64,000 nucleotides of DNA, from assembly GCF_009914755.1 (NCBI RefSeq), contig NC_060933.1. One strand, 5' to 3'. Both the position numbers and the translations under genes were made by a program. Source of the DNA: the human T2T-CHM13v2.0 reference genome, Homo sapiens. Below the pieces are notes generated by a model. The model was not told the DNA's origin, ran no database searches, and saw nothing but the letters and a program-made list of their open reading frames with translations. This document shows, piece by piece, positions 31,020 to 46,290 of the stretch; the stretch's first letter is position 1, and each line of letters opens with the position of its first letter.

Positions 31020-32107
31020 TTAGCCTTAGTAAAGTAAAGCTCACTAATGTTAAAGTTACAGGTATCCTCCCCAACACATAAATACCGAATACACTCTACC
31101 ATTTCTATCTCCCCACACTTCCAACGTTTAATTTTGGTTAGATTATTTCTTTTTCATTATCATGACTATGTAAACAATATCCACAGATGAGCTTTATAGT
31201 ATCCTCTGATTCTTTTTTCATTCCTACTCAACTTTTTATTTTCCCTGAAATTAATAATTTTATGAGTTATAATTTTTAATGAGTTTTTATTGTAGTTTTG
31301 GTTGCATAATACCATATATTTATCATTAATTCATTCCCAAGCTCTTAAAAAGTTGCTTAAATCTCCTTTTCGTATGTTCAGATGAATCCAGTATTCTTTT
31401 AATTTCATTTTCTTCAAGAAATCTATCCTAGGGTCTTGTGATCTGCTCTGTGTTGGAAATTGTTGCCCTTTATGTTACATGCACAGCTCAGGGATCTTGC
31501 TGCAGATTCCCTTTTCTTCTGTCTTGTGCTGAATTCCCTTGATTCCTAAATCCTATGTTTTCCTCTTTCACAATTTATACCTTTATTTTTTGTGGAGCAC
31601 ATCCTCTAGTAGCTTCCTGAGAAAAAGTGTGCATCGAGTGAACTCTTTGAGACCTTGCATATCTTAAAATGTTTTTAGTATATACATAGATTCAGTTGAT
31701 GGGGTGGCTCGTTCAGTAATCAGGCTACATTAGGCTATGCTACAGCAACATATCCCTAAAGTCTTAGTGGCTTAATATGAGAGGAGTTTATTTCTACTTG
31801 CATCCCAGACCAAAGCAGGCCAGCTAACACTCACACAAGGCTACTTTCATTGGGCAGTTCCAGAAGTTGGGAGTCCTTCACTTCAGCTGTCAGAATGAGG
31901 GGGTGAGAGTGCAGAGAAGGCACTACTACTCTTAATTGTCTCAGACTAGAAGTGGCTTCTTATCCCATTCATACTCCTTTTGTGACTATTATTTATACTA
32001 TCTGGCCTAAGTCCACAGGGACTGGCAAATGTAGAGATGAATATTTGTTTACTTCATATCCTCTGACACAGTGAAGTTGAGAATTCTGGGTTGGAATTCT
32101 TTTCTCT

Positions 32108-32543
32108 CTCTTTTTTTTTTTTTTTGTTTTTGAGACGGAGTCTCATTCTGTCACCCAGGATGGAGTGCAGTGGCATGATCTCGGCTCACTGCAACCTCCA
32201 CCTCCTGGGTTCAAGTGATTCTTCTGTCTCAGCCTTCTGAGTAGCTGGGATTACAGGCATGCGCTACCACGCCTGGCTAATTTTTGTATTTTTAGTAGAG
32301 ATAGGGTTTCACCTTGTTGGTCAGGGTGGTCTCAAACTCCTGACCTGGTGATCTGCCCTCTGTGGCCTCCCAAAGTGCTGGGATTACAGGCGTGTTCCAC
32401 TATGCCCAGCTAATTTTTGTATTTTTAGTAGAGACAGCGTTTCACCATGTTGGTCAGGCTGGTCTTGAACACCTGACCTGGTGATCCATCCTCCTCGCCT
32501 CCTAAAGTTCTGGGATTACAGGCGTGAGCCACCATGCCCGGCC
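32108..32543 (-). mobile_element. Alu with duplicated left arm (trimer)
   Basis: Right arm plus two left arms. TSD tcttttctct at 32098-32107 and 32544-32553. Confidence 0.9.
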
Positions 32544-32705
32544 TCTTTTCTCTTTTGAATGTGGTAGGCACTGCTCTGTGTCTTCCGACTTCCAGTCTCC
32601 CAAATTGCTGGTGAGAAACCAGTTTAATTATTGACTCTTGGGTATGAGTACTTCCTGTCTTCTGAGCACGGAAACACATAGGATTTTCACTTTGTTTCCA
32701 GTTTT

Positions 32706-33110
32706 TGTAGGCTGAATTGTGTCCCCTGCCCCACTTTCCACCAAAATTCACTCAGTGAAGCCCTAACCCCCAGTAGTTTAGAATATGACTGTATTTAGAC
32801 GTGGGGCCTTTAAAGAGGTAATTAAGGTAAAATGAGGTCTAATGGGCAATTCTTAACCTAATATGACTGGTGTCCCTTTAAGAAGAGGAGACGAGGACAC
32901 AGACAACACTGACCAAGGGAAGACAGTATGAGGACACAACTAGAAGGCAGCCATCTGTGAGCTAAGGAGAGAAGCGTCAGGAAAAAACGAAACTGCTGTC
33001 ACCTCGATCTTAGACTTCTAGCATCCAGAACCATGAGAAAACAAATTTCTGCTGTTCAAGCCACCCAGTCTGTGGTGTTTTGTTACTGCAGCTCTAGCAA
33101 ACTAATATAT
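32706..33110 (+). mobile_element. MLT1B/C-type MaLR LTR
   Basis: ggctgaattgtgtcccc...gactggtgtccctttaagaagagg...ccacccagtctgtggtgttttgttactgcagc. Confidence 0.8.
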
Positions 33111-33594
33111 CGGTATTTTAAAATCGCACAAATAATGTGCCTTGGGATGGGTCTAACTCCGTTCTTTTTTTTTTTTTTTTCACTCAAGTAGTTTCTTACA
33201 ATCTGAGAACTCATGTCCTTGGATTTTCTTGAATTATTTTATTGATTATTTCCTTTCTTCTCTTATCTCTGTTGCTCTTTGTGGATCTCCTCTTATTTAG
33301 ATGTTGGACTTCTTATTTTAGTCCTTTAATTTTTTTCTTTTTCTTTTCTAACTCTCATTTTCTATATTTTTGCTCTGCTTACTGGGAGATTGGCTCAAAT
33401 TTATCATCCAAACTTTCTCTGAATTTTTTATTCTACTATTATTTATTGTTCAAATTTCCCAGAGCTCCCTTTTTGTTTCTTGAATGTCCCTTTCTGAAAT
33501 AGCATAAGACTGGTTCGTGGGTGCAATACAATATCTCCTCATGCCTCTGTGGATATTTTTTAAAGTTGTGAATCAATTGAAACTTTTTACTTTT

Positions 33595-34630
<1,036 letters not shown>

Positions 34631-35924
34631 ACGCTCTGTGGATATTAATAATAGTTTTCTTCTCCCAGCATAGTCTTGGTTAGTTCCAAATTATTTTCTT
34701 TGTTTGTTTGTTTGCTTTGGTCTCTACCTTTCATGCTGGTAGTTCCCCTTAGATGTCTGATAATCTTTGGTAGTCTATTCAAATTTAGGAGTGAGGTACT
34801 AAAAGACCTTATTGGAAGTTCTGATTCCATGAATGAAACTTCTTGTCCACCAGCTTCAACTGGGTCATCTGGCTGGGCCATTTAGTTGGGTCATTCTCGA
34901 CATCAGCATCTTTATGTCTTTCCTCTGGAAGTGGTCAGATACCCCAGAGAATAATTTTCTAATCTCTAGTGGTCTGGAATTAGAATGGGGTAAAAGACAT
35001 GGGGTTCTGTTAGCTTATAAATGTTCCCATAAATTTTCACTACCCCTTCATTTATATTACTGAACTCCATCCCCAAATGTGCCAAATGTTCTCCAGGAAG
35101 TAAGTTTCTCTATTTACCTTTTCCAGCCTCTGCCAGGCTGGGAGAGGGACCATTATCTGGCTATACAGGTTTGAAGAGAGGATGTAGGGATCTAACAACT
35201 TCTTATACAGACTTATAACCCAATCCTCCTATTTTTGACCCTACCTTTATCCCCATTTTCAGTGGTATCTGACATTTGGAAGCTGTTTGGGAGGTCTATG
35301 ATGTAGTCAGGTACTTCTGAGTTTTCTCCAAGACAAATTTAGGGATCATCTTTCTCAGGTGTGTTACCTCTTGTCTATATGGCTTCTGAATTCCACAACC
35401 TTGTTGTTCTTGTCTTCCTTTCTAATTTCATCATCATTGTGGGTTTCTGCCTTAAAAAAATAATCCCTTTACTGTCATTTTATTAGGTTTCAGAAGAAAG
35501 CCAAAGTAAGTGCATTTCTGTAATTGATCACCTCTACTCAGTAGTCTATTTTGCATTTTTACAAGGAAATGACAAGTTTACTCAGGAGTGTTTGAAGACA
35601 AACAGGCCTGCTTTATAATTTTGCTACTGGCCATCCCTACCTTCAGTGCACTTGGTCAACAATTACGTCCACAAAACAGAAATTACAACTCTGACTCGTG
35701 CTTTTATCTGAGGAACCACAAGTCATTCACTTGTATGGTTCACTTGTCAACTGTAAGGGAAACTCTAACTGCTAATAACTTTAACTATATAGCCAAAAGG
35801 ATCTTGTAAAACTCTTCCTATCTTCCTAGCTTTAGTCTTTGCATATAGTTCAAGGTTACTACTAACACTCCCCGACACCTGATTTTCTTCTGAAATACCA
35901 AAACCTCCCATTTTTGAGTGTTCA

Positions 35925-36323
<399 letters not shown>

Positions 36324-36979
36324 TTATTATCTGTATTTTACAAAGAGGAAAATTGAGGCTCTGAAAAGTTAAAGGATTTGTTCAACTTAACACGTCTATT
36401 AAGTGGTGAAACTAGGGTTTGAATCCAAGTCAGCCTTACTCCCAACCACTTTCCACTTCATTATGTTGTCTTATTGATGACTTCCTGCCAGGACTTCCCA
36501 AGTGTTCATTTTCATGTCTGCAGCTCATTTAATTACTTTTAGTTCCTTTTTCATTTTCCAATCCAGTCATCTATACTATTACCCTATGTCAGTGAATGAC
36601 ATCCAGTTGGTTCAGTATTTCAAAATTTCTGGCCCACCTTCTCTTCTCATCTGTATCTGGTTACCTTTTTATCCACCTTATATATCATTTCCTAGGAAAG
36701 ATTCCATGACCTCCCAAGGATTGACTTTGTACTTTTCATGTGCTTTTACAGCACAAACAGAATCCTCTTTGCCCTATCAAGGTAGTAATTACCAGGTATA
36801 GAAATTATCTGTTTGCTTATTTACTCCCCAACTACACTAGGCTCCTAAGGACTGTGGCAATATTCATCTTATTTATGAGTCATATCTACAGCCTAGCACA
36901 GTGCCTGGCACATAGCAGGTGCTCACTACATATTTTGTTGAATGAATGCATAAATGAATGAGGTTACACACATACCTCT

Positions 36980-37397
36980 ATGACATAGTTTGGATATTAG
37001 TTCCCTCCAAATATCATGTTGAAATTTCATCCCTAATGTGGGAGGTGGGGCCTAGTTGGAGGTGTTTGGGTCAGGGGGGCAGATCCCTCATGAGTTGCTT
37101 GGTGTCATTATGTTAGGATTGAGTGAATTCTCACTCTTAGTTCCTGTGGGATCTGGCTGCCTAAAAGAGCATGGCACTCCTCCCCTCTCTCTTGCTCCCT
37201 CCCTTGCCATGTGACATGCCTGCTCTCTCTTGGCCTCCCCCCATGGTTAGAAACTTCATGAGGTCCTCACCAGAAGCAGATGCTGGTGCCATGCTTCTTG
37301 CAGAGCCTGAAGAACCGTGAGTCAAATAAATGTCTTATTTTATTAAATTACCCAGCCTCAGATATTCCTTTATAACAATGCAAAATGGATTAAGACA
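36980..37397 (+). mobile_element. MST (MSTA/B) solo LTR
   Basis: tgacatagtttggatatt...ccagaagcagatgctggtgccatgc...ggattaagaca. Confidence 0.85.
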
Positions 37398-37404
37398 CTC
37401 GTAT

Positions 37405-37741
37405 TTATTAGTCCATTCTCACAGTGCTCGGCTATTTATAAACGAAAGAGATTTAATTGACTCATAGTTCGGGGAGGCCTCAGGAAACTTACAATCATGG
37501 CGGAACGGGAAGCAAACACATCCTTCTTCACATGGCAGCAGCAAGGAGAGGTGCTGAGCAAAAGGGGGAAAAGTCCTGGATAAAACCATCAGATCTCATG
37601 AGAACTCCCTCACTATCATGAGAATAGCAGCATGGGCTAACCGCCCCCATGATTCAATTACCTCCCACTGGGTAACATGTGGGGATTATGGGAACTACAA
37701 TTCAAGATGAGATTTGGGGGGGACACAGCCAAACCATATCA
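37405..37741 (-). mobile_element. THE1 (C/D-like) solo LTR with intact DUX4-type motif
   Basis: Ends ggacacagccaaaccatatca. TGATTCAATTA at 37650-37660. Confidence 0.85.
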
Positions 37742-38260
37742 CACTCTGTCTGAATTATTAATAAAATATTTTCTAATCTAAAGTAATGTTCCAATGATAT
37801 TTTAGCATTTGACACTAAGTTTCAAAAATTTAAATTTAAATGAAAGAGGGTCTTAAATCTCTATTGCAAAAAGGACTCAGCTGAATAATCTGCGGCACAG
37901 GTTTAAATCGCCTTGGACCACACCGCCATGTTCCAGGGCTCACCGGGAGCCATCGAGATGAGAGACCACCCAGCCCTTGTGACTTGACTAAGAAATTAAA
38001 TCCATATTATCAGCACGTTTTTAACTGGATGTGATATAAGGTTAACATATTTTGTAATCATTGTATTTATAAATATTTTGTCTAAATGTTATTGTATTCC
38101 AAGTTTTCCAAAAGAATCAACCAAATACAAGTTATAAATAAACACTATATTTGTTACGGGAGTTAAGCTAACCACATTTATAACCCAGATTTAGATACAC
38201 AAGAAAATCAGTTTTTAAAGTTTTGTTTAATAGAAAGCAGTGTAATACATCAAACATTAA

Positions 38261-38585
<325 letters not shown>

Positions 38586-39081
38586 ATGAATATTTATTTT
38601 CACACACAAAAGTCCCTCAGACATTGATTCTTAAATTCAAAACACCAAAGGCATTGTATATGCCTTTTCATGTTTTCTAATTGTGAAGAAAATAAATTTT
38701 ACTTAAAATGCTAATATTTGAATAAAGTATGCATTCATAATTATGTTCTTGTCTTTAAAGTTAATTTTTCAAACAGAACTAAATCAGTTTTATCTTCAGT
38801 AGATCTTTTAGAAAGGAAGCAATCCTACCTCATCTAATTAGAGTTTAGTCCTACTAGGAAGATACACTACAAATATTTATTGTGGCAATCTTTGAAAGCA
38901 AAATGAAAGGTGATTTTGGTTTCCTTTTCTATATGTTCTTGTATTACATTTTTCAGGTTTTTCTCTAAGTTCTTTTCTGTGATTTTTAAATCAGGGAGGA
39001 AAAATTCATTCAGTCTAAACACTTAATATTTCTTCTACAAGAAGTATCCTCATGGCTATTTTGTTATTTTGTTTCACTTAG

Positions 39082-39186
39082 GGGAAAATGGATTTGTTGG
39101 CCTCAAATAGCTGCTTTATTAGATGCAATGAAGCAGGGGACATAGAAGCAAAAAGTAAAACAGCAGGAGAAGAAGAAATGATGAAG
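39082..39186 (+). pseudogene. FRG1-like exon 6
   Basis: TTAG| ... AAG|GTAATG, 105 nt. Confidence 0.92.
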
Positions 39187-42100
39187 GTAATGATGACATT
39201 TTATACAGATGACTGCATTCACACATGCGATGTGACTGTATCTCTTTAAAATGTTAAGTCATCATTTACTGTCACTTTGAAGATTTACTTAATAGCTTTT
39301 TATAATGTGGTGTTTCAAATAGACTCATTTTTAATTACAAATCGCATAGTTGATGGCTTGTTTATACAGTGTGGTAGAGAAATCAGTGCATCTAGGAGCT
39401 ACCTTGCCATTATCTCCATGGATTAGTATCTTTTACTGGTAGTTCCACATGCTCTTTTTATGCTTTCATTTTCTTGTTTTCTTGCTTGTATTTTAAAATC
39501 TAATTTTTAAAATAGATAACATGTACACGTGGTCCAACATTTTTAAATAAAAGCATACGAAGATGAAGACATATGCCTGCCATGCATCTTGCTCACCTGT
39601 GTCCCAGCTCCTGTTCCTCTTTCCCTTTGTTTTGTTTTTTTATAGCCTCCTAAAATTTCTTTATAAACATATGAATATATTTATAATTTTCAACTGTCTT
39701 ACACTAAAGGCAGCCTCCTCTATAGTTTTCTCGACTTTGATTTTTTTTTCTTTAAAATTGTATCTTGGAGAGTTTTCTACTATTAGTTTGAATGTAGAAA
39801 GCTTTCTCTTTTTCTTGCTTCTCCTCTCTTTCTCTCTCTCTCTTTTTTAACGCCACATAATATTCCATTTTAGGGATGTACCTTTATTTATTTAGTCTTT
39901 TATAGATGGAAATTTAGGCTGTTTCCAGTCTTTTGCTCTTATAAACAGTGCTGCAGTACATAACATTGAATATGCATCAATTTGTAGATGTGCGGGTGGA
40001 CCTGAAGATAAATTTCAAGAAGCAGAATTACCAGGTCGGGGTACACGCATTTGTATTTATGTAATGCTTGAGCTTCTGTGATGATAATCACTCTATGAAA
40101 CATAAAAAATCATAGCAGAACTTCTGGGGCCTTAGCCCTTACATTTTAAAAATATTTTTAGTAATAGTACCCGTCTTCTTTGCATTAGGAGAAACATGAA
40201 TCACATAAAACATGATTTTTATTTTATTTTTAAAATTTGTGTGCGTCACTAAGCTGGAAATAAAAGTTCCTTATTCCAGGCTAAATTCCCTCATCCGTAG
40301 TCAGACGCGTTATCCATTGCACCAGTGGCCTGTGCCCTCCCTAACCCTACTCTTTGTTTTACATCATTGTAAAAGTTACACAGACATCTTCATATCAAGG
40401 TGAAATTCTAAATAATACTGTTAATATAACCTAGATAAATCAGGTAGTTAACTGGAATTTGATGAAAACATTTAAGGCTTAATTTTTTAGACTCACAAAA
40501 GCCACTGATCTTTAATGATAAACATATATCAGGATGTGTCTAAAGAATAACTCCCCCCTTCTTGACACATGGCTTTTCTGTGTCTTGGCATTCCATCGCA
40601 GTACTGAGCATCCTGAACCTTGCTTTGTTTGTCTCTTTTGGGAATCACTGGTTGCATCCAGTCTGACCCAGATTTACTCTGTCAGGCATTGTGGGGGCCA
40701 GAGTGGAAGGCTCTAAGAGAGGGGGCAAATGCCTTTTCTAAAACGGCCTTCGTTCTTATAATCAGAGCATAAAAATTTATGTTACGTTTTTCTCTACTAC
40801 CAGTGTAATTTAAAAGCATCTATCAATTCTCTGTATGTGCTTCATGTTAGATTTCCGGTCATATGTTTGATTTTCTTTTTAGAATAGTCTTGATTTCAGA
40901 TAATTTCAAATCTAAAGCTCAAACAATTTCAATCTAAAATGTAGGTATTTTCTTACAGTTAGAGAAGTGAAGTGTTATATTTTTTCGTTGCATGCATCCG
41001 GCACATGCGTTGCAGTCTTGAATTTCCATAATGCTCCTGTGAGGTGGATGTGAGCTCAGCCTTACAGACAGTAAGACAGCCTCTGACCCTCCTTACATCC
41101 TCGTGGTTTTTGTCAGTCAGTTCATGGAAATCACAGTGATTTCAAGGTGTGGTAAGACAGGATGTGTACCCAGGCCCAGCTGACTCCAGAGGCCAGTCTC
41201 AGTATTTCATAGCACATTGCTTCTCAGGAAACAGGTCATGGAGGAAATGCAGATGGGTTTGTGACTTACATTTAATTTAATTTATTTATATTTTATTGTA
41301 TCATGTTTAAATTATTTTTCATCTGGATATCATCACAAAAGTGTTATTGAAGGCAACAATTGCAAATATATGTGCAGTGCTTTGCACTTATACAAAGATA
41401 CAAAGATACTTACACAAAGATTGCATTTTTCACTGTTTAAAGCAATTTTCAGATGAAATACAAAGTTTTCTGGGTCTCTTTGGTTAGTCAAGTACTTGGA
41501 AGCTCTGAACAGTGATTATTTAGGACTCTTTTCGTACCATTTAATTGCAGGCTCTCCTAATCTCTGTCAGCCCTTCACCTTTATGACCTTGCCTTATCTA
41601 CCAGAACACAGATCCCTCTTACTAAAGGTAGCATTGTGCTACAGGCCCTAGCAGGGAATGTTTTCAGGTCTGGGACCCCTCTAATCAAAACTGTCACAAA
41701 GATGTCATTGGCACAAACACGTTATTTGTCATCACTTTCTGAGCAGCCCTGGAACTAGACTCTGGCCACAGAGATCCCTTAGGAGACATGAGTCCTTACC
41801 ATTGCCAATTACCTGTTCTGTGGGCGATCCTAATTGTTGAATGCAGATCAATTAACTTATGACATGTGATAGTAAACATCTATCCAAACTTAGGAGGATA
41901 TAAGAGCTAGTAAAAGAGGTGGGTTCCAATTAATTAAAAACAAGTTGTGTAATGTTAAAAGTTTTAATACTTTGGTAATAGTCTGTGCAATCTAAAATAG
42001 CTATTAAGCTTTCAATCTGATCAAATGAACACTTGTCTACTAGGGATAATTTGATCCTAGTGTATTGACTTGGAGGACAAAATTAAATTAGTTAATGATT

Positions 42101-42388
42101 GCTTTACTGCCTAACAGATCTGATGTGTAAAATTTTTCTGAAATAATTTTGTCTGTAGTGTTTCTGACACAAGGGCTGCGGAGGAAGCATGTGATAGCAC
42201 TTACTCATATAGATTATATATATGAAGTAAAAACACATAGCCAGAACCTATCTTTTTCTGAATATAGTTGCTCAGTTAATTTTTTCTTCTGCATAAGAAA
42301 TCATCTCGAATGTTCTTATGTGATACGTAAAGTGGGGAAGGTGGAAGATAAACATATAACCCATTGGATTCTCTTTTCCAATATCTAG

Positions 42389-42480
42389 ATTAGATCCTGT
42401 GCTGAAAGAGAAACCAAGAAAAAAGATGACATTCCAGAAGAAGACAAAGGAAATGTAAAACAATGTGAAATCAATTATGT
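42389..42480 (+). pseudogene. FRG1-like exon 7
   Basis: CTAG| ... GT|GTATGT, 92 nt. Confidence 0.92.
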
Positions 42481-42557
42481 GTATGTATGCTTTTCCTTTT
42501 AGACCTACAGATTTGACAGTGAAGTGCTTCTCAAAGTGCTTTCAAAATAAATTACCT

Positions 42558-42712
42558 AATTAGCTGGGGATGGTGGTGCATGCATGTAGGCCCAGCTACT
42601 CGGGAGGCTGAGACAGGAGGATTGTTTGAGCCCAGGAGTTCAAGGCTGCAGTGAGCTCTGATCACCACTGCATTCCAGCCTGGGTGACAGAGCAAGACCC
42701 CGTCTGAAAAAA
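42558..42712 (+). mobile_element. AluJ right monomer (FRAM-like)
   Basis: ttagctggggatggtggtg...gagcccaggagttcaaggctgcagtgagc. Confidence 0.85.
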
Positions 42713-43042
42713 TGAAAACTGATGGACAAGAAGAGGCAACACAATGTAGCCTCTGGGACAGAGCACTGAGCTAAATGCTTTTCTTTTCTTGAGGGTTCAG
42801 TTTTCCTAATCATCCTACCAGCTCCCAAAACTAGTCAGTCGGGTTAGTCAATCTCTCTATTCATTCATACAATGGGAGTGATGCCAGTCAAAGGCTGTGC
42901 TATGGCCAGGACACAGGGGACTCCAGCCAGCATGCCCTAATAGAAATGGGGCCTTGTGCTACCCAGTCAATGAGTGGCCCTCCTCTTGAGAGGTCACCTT
43001 TGTTGTTCAAAAGCTCCAGCTTATTTAAAAAAATATAATTAG

Positions 43043-43360
<318 letters not shown>

Positions 43361-43458
43361 TAATAAGTGAAAAAGAAATTAACAGTATTTATAAATTTAA
43401 TAGTAAATATGTATAATCAGAGTTTGAGGTTTTTTCAATGAAGGCATTTTCTTTGCAG

Positions 43459-43568
43459 AAAGAAATTTCAGAGCTTCCAAGACCACAAACTTAAAATAAG
43501 TCAAGAAGCAGTAAAATTCTTAAAAAGACGCAGAAAGATGGATTTTTGCATGAGACGCTTCTGGACAG
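43459..43568 (+). pseudogene. FRG1-like exon 8 (frameshifted)
   Basis: GCAG| ... AG|GTAGCT. 110 nt, because GAA GAC AGT has become GAA GC AGT near 43508. Confidence 0.9.
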
Positions 43569-44745
43569 GTAGCTATTTATGTACTTATTTCCACTATTTT
43601 CAGTAGCCAATAGAAATGGCATATAGAAAACCTACATTCTCTTAAATTACTGTAGTTTTCACATTTTTGTCTTTATTTCTAATTTATGAGTGTGGCAATA
43701 TTACCTAGAGAGGACATCATGAGTTTGGGAAAAGACTTTCAAGAAAGAATATCTAAAAATTATAACCGATTCTAAACATATACTTTAAGAAATTCAGGTT
43801 TGACTGTATCTACTTCATAAATTTATCATTATCTTTTTATAACTATTAGAACCAGAGTTAGAAAGAAGCAGTTTGACTAATATAAAAATTATGTGGATTC
43901 TGTTAGAGTAGTTCAGGTTCCTTAAAATAAGCATAGATCAACTAAAAAACTAAGTATAAAAGCTAAACAAGTGAAATTGAAGCAGTTTTATTGTAAGATT
44001 TGGAAGAGTGCAGGATGTTTATCATAGCACATTATTAATATTTATTACTATTCCTATGTAGATAAGTGATGTCCTAGATTTACAACATAGAAAAACAGGT
44101 AGAGACGTTTAGCTGTGAGTGTACAAGTATAAATCAATTAAGTGCCAGATTTTGATAATCACCAGCCGCTCATTCAAGTCCTATGTTGGAAAGTTACTCT
44201 TACCCTTTTTTTACATTACTTGATAAAGTCAATGTTTAATTACATATTTCCTGTTAACTAGCTGGTAGAGTTCATACCTAAAGTCAGTAAATAACGTTAA
44301 GAACTTTTTCCAGCTGAGCAAATGAGTATGTATCTAGTTGTAAGAAATCAAGAAGAGGATATAAAATATAATCAGGATGTGGAGTCTAAAACGGAATAAG
44401 CTCTATGTCCTGTAACTTTTTTCACTTGTAATAATACAGCGTTCTCACCCTGTTAAATGGAAATTTAGAGCACCCTTAAATTCCAGAATAATTAAAATTG
44501 CTATTTGGATTGAAAAAGCCCTTAGGCAACATTTATTGAATATTAGGAAATAACTTTTATAAGATTAGAATCCATTTTTTATAGAAACCAAATTTAAAAG
44601 TATACATATTTTAATATAAGTGTTGTGGTAATACACTAACCAAAATTGAACACACAGTTTTAAAGCTTTTTATATTTAGTAGCAGTTGAATATATATGAC
44701 ATGTTTTACATAGATTAATTTTACTATTTTTCTTTATTTAAACAA

Positions 44746-44831
44746 GAGAACCAAATTGAAAGCTGACAGATACTGCAAATGACTGGGATTTTTGTTTCTG
44801 CCTTATCTTTTTGTGTTTTTTTCTGAATAAA
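44746..44831 (+). pseudogene. FRG1-like terminal exon 9 with poly(A) signal
   Basis: ...AAA TTG AAA GCT GAC AGA TAC TGC AAA TGA (stop 44780-44782). The expected acceptor CAG reads CAA. Confidence 0.88.
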
Positions 44832-45883
44832 ATATTCAGAGGAAATGCTTTTACAGAGTTCTTGAGTTGTTGTGAACTTATTGTTTAGCTAGTAGCTAGT
44901 TTAACCAGGATTAAACAAGTTTAATCAGGATTCTTCATGGATGTACTTTTTAGCTAACTACAGTTTTTCACATGGAAATGAAACTTACAGTAAACACTTA
45001 ACGTACCACAGAATTTTTTTCTGGATTTCTGGTCCTGAAGCATGAAGTGTACTAGAAACCAATTCTTCCTGCGCTACTTGTGGAATCTTTCTTACTGGAT
45101 CATAATCTTACTTTACTTTATACAATAGATGCTTAATCAGTGCCTTTAATAGGAAGTTAGAAACTCCCAATCCAATCAACAAGGCTTTGATTCTACCTCC
45201 TAAGTACTACCCAGATCACAGACAATCCAAATATCAGAACTAGGGGGCTGGGCAGAGAGGACAAATCATCTATTAGGGAGTGGGACAGAAAGTGGAAACA
45301 TTACAAAGGAGCAAGTAGGCTCAGAACAGAGGGGAGAGTAATACTGGGGAAACTCCCTACTGAGGACAGGTTTGCCACAGTGGATATGTATGTGATGCTT
45401 TTGTCCTCATGGGCTGGAATGGAAGCTGATAAAGAAGTTCAGACGCTACGTGTTGCTTAGGTCTGCTTTGTTGAAGCATGTCTCTTTCAGAGTTCCTAAA
45501 CACAATATTCCCGTGGCATCTAATCCCAGTGAGTGCTCCAAATCCAGGCTGTGTATCAGATGCCATGGGAAATTCTGCCTCAGGACTGAGGTTGGTTCAA
45601 GCATCTGGATGATGTCAAAAGTCCACGTTGTGTGCTGGCCTAACCTGAAAGACCCTATCTAGTTCTAGCCTTTAAATTCCTTCTGTCACCAAATCTAGAG
45701 TTACATGGCATCTGTACAAGCTAGGTAGCTGAGGCATGGGATCAGCTCTATAAAGGAGCTTTTGGAGCTTTTGTTGTAGGTCTAGCTCCAACTTGGCACT
45801 CCAGTTCCAATAGCTGGACTTTCTCTCATCGTGTATTCTGATCCTTGGATTGGGAACAAAGTAACCACTCTGATCTCACAAAG

Positions 45884-46290
45884 CAGTGGTTCCAGTTCCC
45901 AACTGGTGACTATTTTGCCTCCCAGGGGACATTTTCATTTTCACAACTGGAATACGGTCTTAGAGAGTAGAGGCTAGGGATGCTGCGAAGCATGTGGCAG
46001 AATCCTGTTCCGCCCAGAATGCTAACAGTGCCAAGGTTATGGAGCCTTCCCACCCGAGGGCTTGGTCTATTCCTTGCTTTTGCCAGCTCCCTAACCCTTA
46101 AACACAACAGTTCAAATCTATATGCATAAGCATCTCCTAGGGACCTGCACGTTTCCAATATCGACTACTGAGACCCATCTGTAGAGATGCAGGCTTAGGA
46201 GGTCTAGGATTGGGCTCAAAATTTGCATTTTAACAAGTACTCCAGGTCATTCTGAAGCAAGTGATACAAACCACAGAATGAGGAACACCG
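45884..46290. mobile_element. MER20 and MER5A remnants
   Basis: cctcccaggggacatt...gagtagaggctagggatgctgc; aatttgcattttaacaagtactccaggtcattctgaagca. Confidence 0.6.
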
